Positions 37,620 through 47,029 of a DNA stretch of 64,000 bases are shown in pieces; position 1 is the stretch's first letter, and each line of letters starts with the position of its first letter. The stretch is from Halomonas sp. HL-48 (lineage in GTDB: Bacteria; Pseudomonadota; Gammaproteobacteria; Pseudomonadales; Halomonadaceae). The notes under the pieces are model-generated. The model searched no databases. It was not told the origin of the DNA and worked only from the letters and a program-made list of their open reading frames with translations. The stretch covers positions 276 to 64,275 of the forward strand of contig LJZS01000019.1 of the NCBI GenBank assembly GCA_001314875.1. The letters are read 5' to 3'. The translations under genes and the position numbers were made by a program.

Positions 37620-37734
37620 AGCGTCCAATTGTGGGTTATTATAGCGTCCAATTGTGGGTTATTGTAGCGTCCAATTGCGCATTACCATCTCGTCTAATTG
37701 AAGGTTTCATCAGCGTCCAGTTGCAGGCTGATAG
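37620..37734. repeat. Five direct repeats at exact 23-bp phasing (iteron-like array)
   Basis: AGCGTCCAATTG starts at 37620, 37643 and 37666. CTCGTCTAATTG starts at 37689 and AGCGTCCAGTTG at 37712. The array begins 15 bp upstream of the DUF4143 ATPase start codon. Confidence 0.85.
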
Positions 37735-37907
37735 ACTTAACCATGGACTACTATAACGATGAACATGGGCTCCACGTCACCGCAATCAAGCGCTTACCTC
37801 TATATATTGAGGAATAGAAGGCATTGCAGCCGTGGTCACAAGCGGCAAAATGGACCTATGGCTAACCGACGATTTTGTGGTTTTCTCAGTCCAAGTAGAG
37901 CTTATTT

Positions 37908-38147
37908 ATGCCACACCCGATGAAGAGAGAGGACTTTCCGGTCTCCAACGTCAGGCACTTTCTTGAGCCGGGACCTGTTGTGCTGGTGTCATCGCAATGG
38001 CAGCAGCAAACCAACATCATGACCCTGGGATGGCACATGGTCATGGCGTTTTCCCCTTCGCTTATCGGCTGCGTGATTGATGCCGTGAACCACTCTAACG
38101 CCTCTATTTTAGAAACTCAGCAGATAACCTCTTTAATTCATTGTTGA
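37908..38147 (+). pseudogene. Truncated flavin reductase-like (PF01613) gene fragment
   Basis: FPVSNVRHFLEPGPVVLVSS...NIMTLGWHMVMAFSPSLIGCVIDAVNHS resembles the N-terminal ~70 aa of ~190-aa flavin reductase family proteins. The ORF then runs into the 3' end of the convergent kef gene and stops. Confidence 0.5.
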
Positions 38148-40027
38148 TCCTCTTTAGGCGCGGTCCAGATCGGCGCATCCTCAGGCTGTGGCTCGGGCCA
38201 GTCCTGCTGCATGGCGATGTTCAGCGCTTCTTCCAGTTTCATGAACAGCTCGCTATAGCGAGGGCCGAAAGCATTCCCTCCCTCAATGTTCTTCCATGTC
38301 TCAAACAACTCGTCTTCGTGTGCATCCTCATTTTGCACAAACGCCCAGGTCATTTGCTTAGCCCGCATGGGGTGTACGCCCATCGCCGTCAGCGCATGGC
38401 CGCCTAGCTCCAACGCGGAATGGTAGGTTTCGCTGACAACGTCATCAGCGCCTGCATCACGCAGCTGATAGCCATGCCCGCGGTCGAACGCCCGGGCTAG
38501 CACCCATACGTTGGGATAGTAATGTTTGACGTGTTTCACCACTGCCAACGCCCGCTCTCGATCGTCAATGGCCACGACCAGCAAGCGCGCCTGTTCGATA
38601 CCGGCGGTTTCCAACAGGTCTGAACGGGTGGCATCGCCGAAATAGCTTTTGATGTGGATTCGCCGCAGGTTCTCGATTTGCTCGAGCTCATGGTCGAGCG
38701 CGACGATGGGCATGTTGTTGGCCCGCAGCAGGCGGCAGATAATCTGCCCGAAGCGCCCCACGCCCGCGACGATCACCGGCGCCTGTTCGTCGATGGTATC
38801 CGCCTCGCGCCCGTCGTTTTTGACCCGGCGATAGCGCGGCAGCACCAGGCGGTCGTAGGCGATGAACAGCAGCGGCGTCAGGAACATCGACAGTGCGATG
38901 ACCAGCGACAGCACCCGGGAAATCTCGACGGGAATCACGCTGCTCTGCACGCTGTAGGTCAACAGCACAAACCCGAACTCACCGGCCTGGGCCAGGCTCA
39001 GGGTGAACAGCCAGCCGTTGCTGCCATGCACTCGAAACAGCAACGCCAAGCCGAGCAGAATGGCCGCCTTGACGGCAATCACCAGGACGCCAAGGGCCAG
39101 CACCGTGCCCCACTGCGAGGCCAGCACCTGAAAGTCGATCCCCGCGCCGACGGTGATAAAGAACAGGCCCAGCAGAAGCCCCTTGAACGGTTCGATATTG
39201 GCTTCGATTTCATGCTTGAACTCGCTGTTGGCCAGCACGATGCCGGCCAGAAACGCGCCCAGCGCCGGGGAAAGGTTCACCAGGCTCATGAGGGCGGCGA
39301 TACCGATGACTAGCATCAGCGCCGTGGCCGTGAATACCTCGCGCAACCCCGAGCCCACCACATAGCGAAACAGTTTCGGGCTGAGGTAGTAGCCGCCGGC
39401 AATCACGCTGCCGATCGCCGCGACCACCACCAGGGCGTGCGCCCAACCGGGCAAGTGCGCCACCAGGCTGATGCTCGCGTGACTCGCTTGATCGCCACCG
39501 GCCCCCATCAACTCGGGTAGCGCCAGCAGGGGAATCAACGCCAGCATGGGAATGACCGCGATATCCTGGAACAGCAACACGGAGAAGGCGCTCCGGCCGC
39601 CCTCGGTTTTTTCCAGGCCTTTTTCACTCAGGGTTTGCAGCACAATCGCCGTCGAGGAGAGTGCGAACAGCAAGCCGATAGCCAGCGACGTTTGCCAGGC
39701 AAGCCCCAGCCACCAGGCAATGGCGGTTCCTGCGGCGGTGGTCAGAGCCACCTGCAACCCGCCCAGGCCGATCAGCCGCACGCGCATCGCCCACAGGCCT
39801 TTCGGGTCGAGCTCCATACCGACAAGGAACAGCATCATTACCACACCAAATTCGGCAAAGTGCTGGATCGTGGTGGTTTCCTGGCCCACCAGACCGAGTA
39901 TTGGGCCAATGACCACGCCGGCCATCAGGTAGCCGAGCACCGAGCCAAGCCCGTAGCGTTTTGCCAGAGGGACGGCAATCACCGCTGCCACAAGATATAT
40001 AAACGCCTGGATAAAGTACGCGGTCAT
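38138..40027 (-). CDS. CPA2 K+/H+ antiporter with TrkA-N domain (KefB/KefC-like)
   Basis: An Na_H exchanger membrane domain followed by VIVAGVGRFGQ (Rossmann, TrkA-N). 629 aa. Confidence 0.85.
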   Translation of the reverse strand: MTAYFIQAFIYLVAAVIAVPLAKRYGLGSVLGYLMAGVVIGPILGLVGQETTTIQHFAEFGVVMMLFLVGMELDPKGLWAMRVRLIGLGGLQVALTTAAGTAIAWWLGLAWQTSLAIGLLFALSSTAIVLQTLSEKGLEKTEGGRSAFSVLLFQDIAVIPMLALIPLLALPELMGAGGDQASHASISLVAHLPGWAHALVVVAAIGSVIAGGYYLSPKLFRYVVGSGLREVFTATALMLVIGIAALMSLVNLSPALGAFLAGIVLANSEFKHEIEANIEPFKGLLLGLFFITVGAGIDFQVLASQWGTVLALGVLVIAVKAAILLGLALLFRVHGSNGWLFTLSLAQAGEFGFVLLTYSVQSSVIPVEISRVLSLVIALSMFLTPLLFIAYDRLVLPRYRRVKNDGREADTIDEQAPVIVAGVGRFGQIICRLLRANNMPIVALDHELEQIENLRRIHIKSYFGDATRSDLLETAGIEQARLLVVAIDDRERALAVVKHVKHYYPNVWVLARAFDRGHGYQLRDAGADDVVSETYHSALELGGHALTAMGVHPMRAKQMTWAFVQNEDAHEDELFETWKNIEGGNAFGPRYSELFMKLEEALNIAMQQDWPEPQPEDAPIWTAPKEDQQ

Positions 40028-40081
40028 CGGGGCTCCCTATATTTTGTCAAACGGCTTGACTTCACGGCACAATCATATAGC

Positions 40082-40099
40082 GTACTAGTACGCTAGTAC
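40082..40099. promoter_or_regulatory. Trp-repressor operator
   Basis: GTACTAGTACGCTAGTAC matches the symmetric E. coli trp operator GTACTAGTTAACTAGTAC at 15 of 18 positions. Both CTAG boxes are at identical spacing. It lies 39 nt upstream of the trpR-like ATG, with TTGACT at 40056-40061. Confidence 0.65.
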
Positions 40100-40137
40100 A
40101 TTGCTTATTACCCGGTGGCCAACGGTGCCTTCACGAC

Positions 40138-40404
40138 ATGCACACAAACGATGATTACCAGGCGGAGCTGGTTCGCCATTTGCTTGCCATCGACTCTCCA
40201 GAGGCAATGGATCAGGCGCTGGCCAGCCTGCTGACCCCGGCAGAGTATCAAGAAATCAGCAAGCGCCTGCAGATTTTCAAGCTGCTGCGCGAGGGTGTAC
40301 CCCACCGCCAAATTGCTGAAACCCTGGGCGTGGGGATTGCCACGGTGTCGCGTGGCTCTCGGGCCCTCACCACGTTACCTTCTTCATGGACCGACCACCT
40401 ATGA
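40138..40404 (+). CDS. trpR: Trp repressor family protein
   Basis: LLTPAEYQEISKRLQIFKLLREGVPHRQIAETLGVGIATVSRGSRAL aligns with E. coli TrpR [49 protein letters not shown]. Confidence 0.7.
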   Translation: MHTNDDYQAELVRHLLAIDSPEAMDQALASLLTPAEYQEISKRLQIFKLLREGVPHRQIAETLGVGIATVSRGSRALTTLPSSWTDHL

Positions 40405-41828
40405 CAACTGCCGAAACGCACGCGACTAAAGGCCCGCAACCTTTTACGCTGCCGCGCAAGCCTCACTACGTGACCCTGGCGGCGGACTGCGATTTTTTTG
40501 CCCTGTTTCAAAAAATCGAGCGGCAATTCGATACTTGCTACATGCTGGAGTCGCTGGGCGAGGACAGCCACATGGCGCGTCACTCGATCATCGGCTTTGA
40601 CCCCGAGTATACGCTCTACGCCAATGGCCGGACGCTGACGATCGAAGACCGCGACGGCCATGCTAATCACTACCCGAGCGATAACCCTTACGAGCTGCTG
40701 CGCAGCCTGATACCCCAGAATATTATTTCGCGTAAATATGCCGGGGGGTTAAGCGGTTACCTCGGTTACGACGCCATGCAGTATTTCGAACCCTCGCTGA
40801 CGCTAAAGGCTAGCGATGACTTCGATACGTTTAGGTTCGGGCTCTATAAAGACGGCTTGATCCTCGACAAAATGACCGGTGAGGTCATCTATTTTTATTA
40901 TGAAAACAGTCGCTACGACTTCCTGCAGACGCTGATCGACACCGACGACACGCCACCCGGCCCCCTGAAAATCAAGGCGCTCGGCGACACCATGGGCCAG
41001 GCTGAACACGCCGACGCGGTGGCCAAGGTGAAACAGGACATCATCGACGGCAAGGTGTTTCAGTGCGAGGTGGGCTTCAAGAAGCGCTTCCAGATCCAGG
41101 GCGACACCCTGGCGCTTTACGACCAGCTTCGCACCATTAACCCCTCTCCGCAGATGTACTACGTCAAGTTTGGCGAGCAGAAGCTGATCGGCGCCAGCCC
41201 CGAGCTGCTGTTCCGCCTGCGTCAGGGCGAAATGGAGACCTTCCCGCTGGCAGGCACCACCACCCGGGGCCAAACGCCTCAGGAAGACACTCAGCTTGCC
41301 CGGGCGCTGCTCAACGACCCCAAGGAGATCGCCGAGCACCATATGATCGTCGACCTGCACCGCAACGATATCGGCCGGGTGGCGCAATTTGGCACGGTGA
41401 AAGTTCGCAGCCTGATGGATATCAAACGGTTCAGCCACGTGCAGCATATTTCCAGCGAGATCGTCGGCATCATCGCCGAGGGCGAAGATATGTTCAGCGC
41501 CCTGGCCAGCAACTTCCCAGCGGGCACCCTCACCGGCGCGCCGAAGATCGAGGCGATGAAGATTATCGACGATTTGGAAAATGACGGGCGCGGCCCCTAC
41601 GGCGGCGCGGTGGGGCAGTTCTCGTTTAACGGCGACTGCACCTTTGCCATTCCCATCCGTACGGTGTTCGTCAACGGCGAGCGCGCCTACGTGCAAACCT
41701 GCGGCGGCAACGTTTTCGACAGCAACGCCGCTGACGAGTATGAAGAGATTCGCCGCAAGTTTGCGGGCACCCGCAAAGCCCTTGCCCCTTTTATGAGTAC
41801 GGATAAGGACACGGAGAGCCACGCATGA
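40401..41828 (+). CDS. trpE: Anthranilate synthase component I
   Basis: Chorismate-binding enzyme motifs (GTLTGAPK, GPYGGAVG). ATGA overlap with the trpR stop, followed by an amidotransferase gene. Confidence 0.8.
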   Translation: MTTAETHATKGPQPFTLPRKPHYVTLAADCDFFALFQKIERQFDTCYMLESLGEDSHMARHSIIGFDPEYTLYANGRTLTIEDRDGHANHYPSDNPYELLRSLIPQNIISRKYAGGLSGYLGYDAMQYFEPSLTLKASDDFDTFRFGLYKDGLILDKMTGEVIYFYYENSRYDFLQTLIDTDDTPPGPLKIKALGDTMGQAEHADAVAKVKQDIIDGKVFQCEVGFKKRFQIQGDTLALYDQLRTINPSPQMYYVKFGEQKLIGASPELLFRLRQGEMETFPLAGTTTRGQTPQEDTQLARALLNDPKEIAEHHMIVDLHRNDIGRVAQFGTVKVRSLMDIKRFSHVQHISSEIVGIIAEGEDMFSALASNFPAGTLTGAPKIEAMKIIDDLENDGRGPYGGAVGQFSFNGDCTFAIPIRTVFVNGERAYVQTCGGNVFDSNAADEYEEIRRKFAGTRKALAPFMSTDKDTESHA

Positions 41829-42493
41829 AGGTGCTGATCATCGATAACTACGATTCTTTCACCTATAACCTCTACCAGTTTATTGGTGAGATTCTGACGA
41901 CCGAGAAAAATCGTCGGGGACTTCCCCATTTCGAGATACTCGTTAAGCGCAACAACCAGATCGATTTTAAGGCCATCGAAGCCATGGCGCCGGATCGCAT
42001 TATCATCTCGCCTGGCCCCGGCTCACCGGATGACCCGCGTTACTTCGGCGTCTGTGCAGAGGTGATCGAGAAGTTGGGCAAGACCACGCCGCTGCTGGGC
42101 GTGTGTCTGGGGATGCAGGGCATCGTCCACGTGTTCGGTGGCAAGGTGGTCAAAGCGCCGCTTCCCATGCACGGCAAGATCAGCCCGATCAACCACAATA
42201 ACCGCTCCGTGTTCAACGGCGTGCCCGACCAGCTCGAAGTCATGCGTTACCACTCGCTGATTGCCGATGCGGACTCGCTACCCGAATGCCTGGAAGTGAC
42301 CGCCACGGTGGGCGCCCTGGCGGCTGACAATTTCGAACAGCGCAGCCGCTGGCAGGCGCTCGGCGAATTTGAGCTGATGGGGGTAAAGCACCGTGACTAT
42401 CCGATTCACGGCATCCAGTTTCACCCGGAATCCTTTGCGACAGAGGGCGGCAAGGAGCTGATTGGCAACTTTTTGTTTGCCTATGACGCCTGA
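41825..42493 (+). CDS. trpG: Anthranilate synthase component II (type-1 glutamine amidotransferase)
   Basis: MKVLIIDNYDSFTYNLYQ, GVCLGMQ (catalytic Cys) and GIQFHPES. ATGA overlap with trpE. Confidence 0.85.
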   Translation: MKVLIIDNYDSFTYNLYQFIGEILTTEKNRRGLPHFEILVKRNNQIDFKAIEAMAPDRIIISPGPGSPDDPRYFGVCAEVIEKLGKTTPLLGVCLGMQGIVHVFGGKVVKAPLPMHGKISPINHNNRSVFNGVPDQLEVMRYHSLIADADSLPECLEVTATVGALAADNFEQRSRWQALGEFELMGVKHRDYPIHGIQFHPESFATEGGKELIGNFLFAYDA

Positions 42494-42530
42494 CGTTAGG
42501 CTTTGTATGAAAAGTCGGCGAGCGAAGGCC

Positions 42531-42605
42531 AGGCAAGGCAAGGCAAGGCAAGGCAAGGCAAGGCAAGGCAAGGCAAGGCAAGGCAAGGCAAGGCAAGGCA
42601 AGGCA
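42531..42605. repeat. Pentanucleotide microsatellite (AGGCA)x15
   Basis: 75 bp of perfect AGGCA units read directly from the sequence, between the convergent trpG and rluF genes. Confidence 0.95.
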
Positions 42606-42712
42606 AAAATCGGCGAAAATACGGAGTTTACATAGTGTAAATGAGTAATTTGAGCCGATTTTTAACGCCGCATGGTCGAGCGCAGCCAGTTTTCAGGCAG
42701 AGCCTAGCGCCA

Positions 42713-43732
42713 TTACTTACGGCGCGAAGAAGTTTTCCCTTTCATAGGCTTGTGTTTGCCAGCAACGCCTTTGGCAGGCTTTCCTCGCCCGCCCGCCTTC
42801 CGGCCGGAGGGCACCCCACTCGACTTACCCTTGAGCGCTGGTTTACCGCCAGCGCTTTTGGCCTTGGGCTGCCCTGATCCGGTGGCCCTGCGTTTTCCCG
42901 GCGCTTTTTCACTTGGTTTATCGCCACGCTTGCCTGGCGCCGCAGCGGTACTTTTACGTGCTTTTTTCTGACCGCCCGAGCGCTTTGAGGTCGCTGGCGG
43001 CGAGGGCTTGGCCTCTGAAGCAGCGGTTAACGCCTCGATCCTTGCCATCTCTTTCGGGGTCAAGTCTCGCCAGTCGCCCAGCGCCAGCCCCTTGAGCGAC
43101 ACGTTCATGATCCGCGTGCGGATCAACTGGGTGACCTCGTAGCCAAAGTACTCACACATCCGCCGGATCTGGCGGTTCAACCCCTGCACCAGCGTGATGG
43201 AGAACTCGAACGTGGACAGCTTCTCAACGTGGCATTTCTTGGTGACCTGACCAAGAATCGGTACGCCGTTTTGCATGCCGTCGATAAACTCCTCGGTGAT
43301 CGGCTTGTTGACCGTCACCCGATACTCTTTCTCGTGCTGGTTGTTAGCACGCAGGATCTTGTTGACCAGATCGCCGTTATTGGTCAGCAAGATCAGCCCC
43401 TGGGAGTCTTTATCCAGGCGGCCGATCGGAAAAATACGCGTGCCGTGTTTGACGAAATCAACGATGTTGTCTTTTTCACTCGACTCGGTCGTGCTGACAA
43501 TGCCCACCGGCTTATTGAGCGCAATCAGGACGAGGTCCTCCTCTTCCTGGGGCTCAATATCCTGGCCGTTCACCTTGACCCGATCACCCGGCACCACCTG
43601 ATCACCGGTGGTCGCCCGGCGGCCGTTGATCCAGACATTGCCCTGCTCGACAAAGCGGTCGGCCTCTCTGCGCGAGCAGAGTCCGCTTTCGCTGATGTAT
43701 TTGTTGATGCGAGTAGATTTTCGTAACGACAT
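42713..43732 (-). CDS. rluF: 23S rRNA pseudouridine synthase F
   Basis: [33 protein letters not shown]...[18 protein letters not shown]...[14 protein letters not shown] is near-collinear with E. coli RluF, including the basic C-terminal tail. Confidence 0.9.
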   Translation of the reverse strand: MSLRKSTRINKYISESGLCSRREADRFVEQGNVWINGRRATTGDQVVPGDRVKVNGQDIEPQEEEDLVLIALNKPVGIVSTTESSEKDNIVDFVKHGTRIFPIGRLDKDSQGLILLTNNGDLVNKILRANNQHEKEYRVTVNKPITEEFIDGMQNGVPILGQVTKKCHVEKLSTFEFSITLVQGLNRQIRRMCEYFGYEVTQLIRTRIMNVSLKGLALGDWRDLTPKEMARIEALTAASEAKPSPPATSKRSGGQKKARKSTAAAPGKRGDKPSEKAPGKRRATGSGQPKAKSAGGKPALKGKSSGVPSGRKAGGRGKPAKGVAGKHKPMKGKTSSRRK

Positions 43733-43768
43733 AAAGCGCCATCGACAAAAGTGAAATTAGGTAACCGC

Positions 43769-44314
43769 TTAAAAAGACGTGCCCGGCTGCTTGAGAAACT
43801 CGACTTCTTCCCGGGTGGACGCCCGCCCCAGCACGGCATTGCGGTGCGGGTAGCGCCCAAAGCGGTCAATGATGGCTTTGTGGCGAGCTTCAAAGTCCCG
43901 GTTTCTCTCTAAGCCCGGCTGGTCAAACAGCTGCATCGCCAGCGCATGAATGGCGGCTGACTCGCTGTGCATATAGGGCATATACAGGAAACTGCGCTCG
44001 ACGGGGGTCAAGTCGCCATCGGCACCGGCAGCCACCGCTTCCTGGGCGAGCGCCAGTGCCAGCGCATCGTTGGCGAAGGCACGGGCATCGTCGCGGTAAA
44101 TGTTACGCGAGAACTGATCCAGCACAATGATTTCAGCCAAGCGGCCGTGCGCCGTCTGGCGCCATGCGTAGCACTCGCACTGCCCGGCCTGGGCATGCAG
44201 GCTTTCAAACCGTGCCGCGATCGCACGGTCCAGCTCAGGGTCTTTTTTGAACCACTGGGCAGGCGTCAAGGTTTCAAACCAGAAATCGAGTACCGCTTGA
44301 GCCTCTGTCGGCAT
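43769..44314 (-). CDS. DUF924 family protein
   Basis: VLDFWF...QWFKKDPELDRAIAARF is the DUF924 N-terminal signature. The ATG at 44314 is preceded by AAGGAGG. Confidence 0.75.
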   Translation of the reverse strand: MPTEAQAVLDFWFETLTPAQWFKKDPELDRAIAARFESLHAQAGQCECYAWRQTAHGRLAEIIVLDQFSRNIYRDDARAFANDALALALAQEAVAAGADGDLTPVERSFLYMPYMHSESAAIHALAMQLFDQPGLERNRDFEARHKAIIDRFGRYPHRNAVLGRASTREEVEFLKQPGTSF

Positions 44315-44343
44315 TGACGCCTCCTTTGCTTTCATGGGGATGC

Positions 44344-46992
44344 CTAGCCAGTATTACGCAGGCCCGCGGCGATCCCTGCCATGGTGACCATCAGCGCACG
44401 GGAAAGGTCGGCGCTGATCGCGCCATCGGCATCCCGGTTACGCTGCAGGAGCTCTGCCTGCAGGCCATGCAGCGGGTCGATGTAGGGGTTGCGCACATCG
44501 ATCGCCTGGCGGATCAGCGGCGTGTTTTCCAGCAGCGCGTCCTGCTGAAGAATATCCAGCACGGCCTCTTCCAACCGTGCAAAGCGTTCGCGCAGTTGCT
44601 TGCCCAATGCCTTGAGCGACGGCTCGTCCACCAGACGGTGCTCGTAGTAGGCCGAAATCGCCACGTCGGCCTTGGCCAGCAGCATCTCCAGCATGTCCAG
44701 GTAAGTACCAAAGAACGGCCACTCATTGCGCATTTCCTGCAGCACCTCGCGACCGCCAGGCTGCTCGAGACGCCGCGAGAACGCTTCGCCGCTGCCCAGC
44801 CACGCCGGCAGCATCAGGCGAATCTGCGTCCAAGCAAATATCCAGGGAATGGCGCGCAGGGTTTCCACCCCGCCGTCCTGACGGCGCTTGGTGGGCCGCG
44901 ACCCCAGCGGCAGCCTGCCCAGAGCGCCTTCCGGGGTGACCGCACGGAAATACGGCACAAAGTCCGGATCCTCGCGCACCACCCCAACATAGGCAGCGTG
45001 AGCGACCTTGGCGAGTTGATCCATCTCATCGCGCCAGTGGGGCTCCGGGGCCCTGGGCGGCAGCAAGGTGGCTTCGAGCACCGCACAGGCGTAAATTTCC
45101 ATCGAGCGCAGGGCGATATCCGGCTGGCCGAACTTGAAGCGAATCATCTCGCCCTGTTCGGTCACCCGAAGGCTGCCGTTCACCGATCCCGGCGGCTGGG
45201 AGAGAATCGCCGCGTGGGCGGGGCCGCCGCCACGCCCGACCGTGCCGCCGCGGCCGTGGAACAGGGTCAAATCGACGCCGTGGCGCTCGCAGACGTTAAC
45301 CAGAGACTCCTGTGCCCGGTACTGCGCCCAGGCCGCGGCCAGCTGGCCGGCGTCCTTGGCCGAGTCGGAGTAGCCGATCATCACTTCCTGGCCGTTGCGC
45401 ATCAGCTTGCGATAGCCCGGCAGCGCCAGCAGCTGGTCGATCACGTCACCGGCATGGTCGAGGTCGTTGAGAGTTTCAAACAACGGCGCAATGGGCAGCG
45501 TCACCTGGCCGCCCGCTTCTTTCATCAGCAGCGCCACGGTGAGCACATCGGAGGGCTCGGCCGCCATGGAAATGATGTAGGTGCCCAGGGCTTCGGCGTG
45601 TTCCTTGGCGATGACCTTGAAGGTATCCAGCACCTCGCGGGTTTCCGCCGAGCATTCCCAGCGGCGTGGAATCAGCGGACGCCGCGAGTCGAGCTCGGCG
45701 AGCAGAAAGTCCTGACGCTGCTTTTCATCCCACTCGCGATAGTGGCCCAGGTTCAGCGTAGCGGTCAGTTCCTCCATCACCTGGGCGTGGCGGCTGGCCT
45801 CCTGACGCAGGTCGAGTTTGGTCAGCGTGACGCCAAAAACCGCGACCCGGCGCAGCGTATCGAGCAGCGCGCCGTTGGCGATGGTGTCCAGCCCCACGTC
45901 GCATAGCGATCGGTAGCAGGCCAGCAGAGGCGCATACAGCTGGTCGCGGGTTTCGATGATCGGCCCGCCGTCAAAGTTGCGCCCATCCAGCTCGGCCTTG
46001 GCCCAATCGCGGGTTGTCTCCATCTTCGCCAGCAGGCGTTTCAGCACCTCGCGGTAAGGCTCGGCCACATCACCCGCCTCAGCCTTGAGGGCGCTGTTGG
46101 CCTTCCACATGGAAAGCTCGGTCTTGAGCTGCTCAAGGTCGCGCAGATAAAGATCCGCCGCCATCCAGCGGCCCAGCAGCAATACTTCCTTGGTCACCCG
46201 CGAGGTCACGTTGGGATTGCCGTCGCGGTCGCCGCCCATCCACGAGGCGTAGCGAATCGGCGCGGCGTCCAGCGGCAGACGTTCGCCGGCGGTGTCCAGC
46301 AGCAGGTTATCCAGATCGCGGTGAAAGTCGGGCACGGCCTGCCACAGGGAATTTTCGATGACCGCAAAGCCCCACTTGGCCTCGTCCACTGGCGTGGGGC
46401 GCTCGTGGCGAATTTCATCGGTATGCCACGCCTGACTGATCAGCTCCTCGAGCCGCCCCTGAGCGCGGGTGCCCCGCTCGGGATAGTCCTCGGAGCCTTC
46501 GATGGCCGTCAGGCAATCGTCGATGGCGTCGTATTTCTGGATCAGCGTGCGGCGGATGACCTCGGTGGGATGTGCGGTCAGCACCAGTTCCACGCGCATG
46601 TTGGAAAGGGTTTCGACCAGCTTGCGCGGCGAATTACCCGCGGTTTCGGCGCGTTTCAGCAGCTCGCCGAGCACCGGCTGCGAGCCCGGCTTGTAGTCCT
46701 CGACGCGACGAAAGCGCGCCCGGTAATGCTGCTCGGCGATATTGGCCAGGTTGAGAAACTGGTTGAACGCCCGAGTGACGGGCAGCAGATCCTGCTCGGG
46801 AAGCTTGCGCAAGTACTCGATGAGATTACGCTGCTGGAGCGAATCGCCCTGCCGCCCCTGCTTGGCATGGGCACGAATGGTTTCGATTTTATCGACAAAT
46901 CCCTGGCCTAAATCATCGGCAATGGTCCGCCCCAGGCTGTCGCCCAGGATACGCACGTTATCGCGCAGCGATTCGTGTAGGTCATGGCTCAT
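44344..46992 (-). CDS. ppc: Phosphoenolpyruvate carboxylase
   Basis: VLTAHPTE, GYSDSAKDAG and FHGRGGTVGRGGGP motifs, with C-terminal RNTG. The ATG at 46992 is preceded by AAGGAGG. Confidence 0.95.
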   Translation of the reverse strand: MSHDLHESLRDNVRILGDSLGRTIADDLGQGFVDKIETIRAHAKQGRQGDSLQQRNLIEYLRKLPEQDLLPVTRAFNQFLNLANIAEQHYRARFRRVEDYKPGSQPVLGELLKRAETAGNSPRKLVETLSNMRVELVLTAHPTEVIRRTLIQKYDAIDDCLTAIEGSEDYPERGTRAQGRLEELISQAWHTDEIRHERPTPVDEAKWGFAVIENSLWQAVPDFHRDLDNLLLDTAGERLPLDAAPIRYASWMGGDRDGNPNVTSRVTKEVLLLGRWMAADLYLRDLEQLKTELSMWKANSALKAEAGDVAEPYREVLKRLLAKMETTRDWAKAELDGRNFDGGPIIETRDQLYAPLLACYRSLCDVGLDTIANGALLDTLRRVAVFGVTLTKLDLRQEASRHAQVMEELTATLNLGHYREWDEKQRQDFLLAELDSRRPLIPRRWECSAETREVLDTFKVIAKEHAEALGTYIISMAAEPSDVLTVALLMKEAGGQVTLPIAPLFETLNDLDHAGDVIDQLLALPGYRKLMRNGQEVMIGYSDSAKDAGQLAAAWAQYRAQESLVNVCERHGVDLTLFHGRGGTVGRGGGPAHAAILSQPPGSVNGSLRVTEQGEMIRFKFGQPDIALRSMEIYACAVLEATLLPPRAPEPHWRDEMDQLAKVAHAAYVGVVREDPDFVPYFRAVTPEGALGRLPLGSRPTKRRQDGGVETLRAIPWIFAWTQIRLMLPAWLGSGEAFSRRLEQPGGREVLQEMRNEWPFFGTYLDMLEMLLAKADVAISAYYEHRLVDEPSLKALGKQLRERFARLEEAVLDILQQDALLENTPLIRQAIDVRNPYIDPLHGLQAELLQRNRDADGAISADLSRALMVTMAGIAAGLRNTG

Positions 46993-47029
46993 GGCGAGGC
47001 CTCCTTGCAGGGGTCGCATCAATAGTTAA

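Noticed and set aside
37620-37734. Whether the 23-bp repeat array or the pentanucleotide tract (42531-42605) could be a CRISPR array.
   Set aside because: The repeats are contiguous with no unique spacers. The units (23 bp and 5 bp) are not CRISPR-like, and no cas genes are in the window.
42240-42601. Two overlapping minus-strand ORFs encoding (PCLAL)n repeats.
   Set aside because: They are artefacts of translating the (AGGCA)15 microsatellite. Their N-terminal stretches consist of the repeat (the rest is antisense to the trpG 3' end), and they lie between convergent genes.
42713-43030. The long Lys/Arg/Gly-rich C-terminal tail of RluF as a possible novel fusion.
   Set aside because: As I recall it, E. 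coli RluF also ends in a basic K/R-rich tail, so this is a family feature and not a novelty.
44314-45906. 530-aa plus-strand ORF, plus many other long ORFs antisense to confident genes. Examples: 29826-30857, 40803-41822, 47036-47950, 49036-50082, 53191-54108, 54130-55119, 57183-58160, 59967-60860.
   Set aside because: These are shadow ORFs typical of high-GC DNA. They lie antisense to genes with unambiguous family signatures (ppc, liuC/D, trpE, mazG, relA, barA, era, lepA). Their translations are low-complexity and R/A/G/P-rich, with no recognisable motifs.
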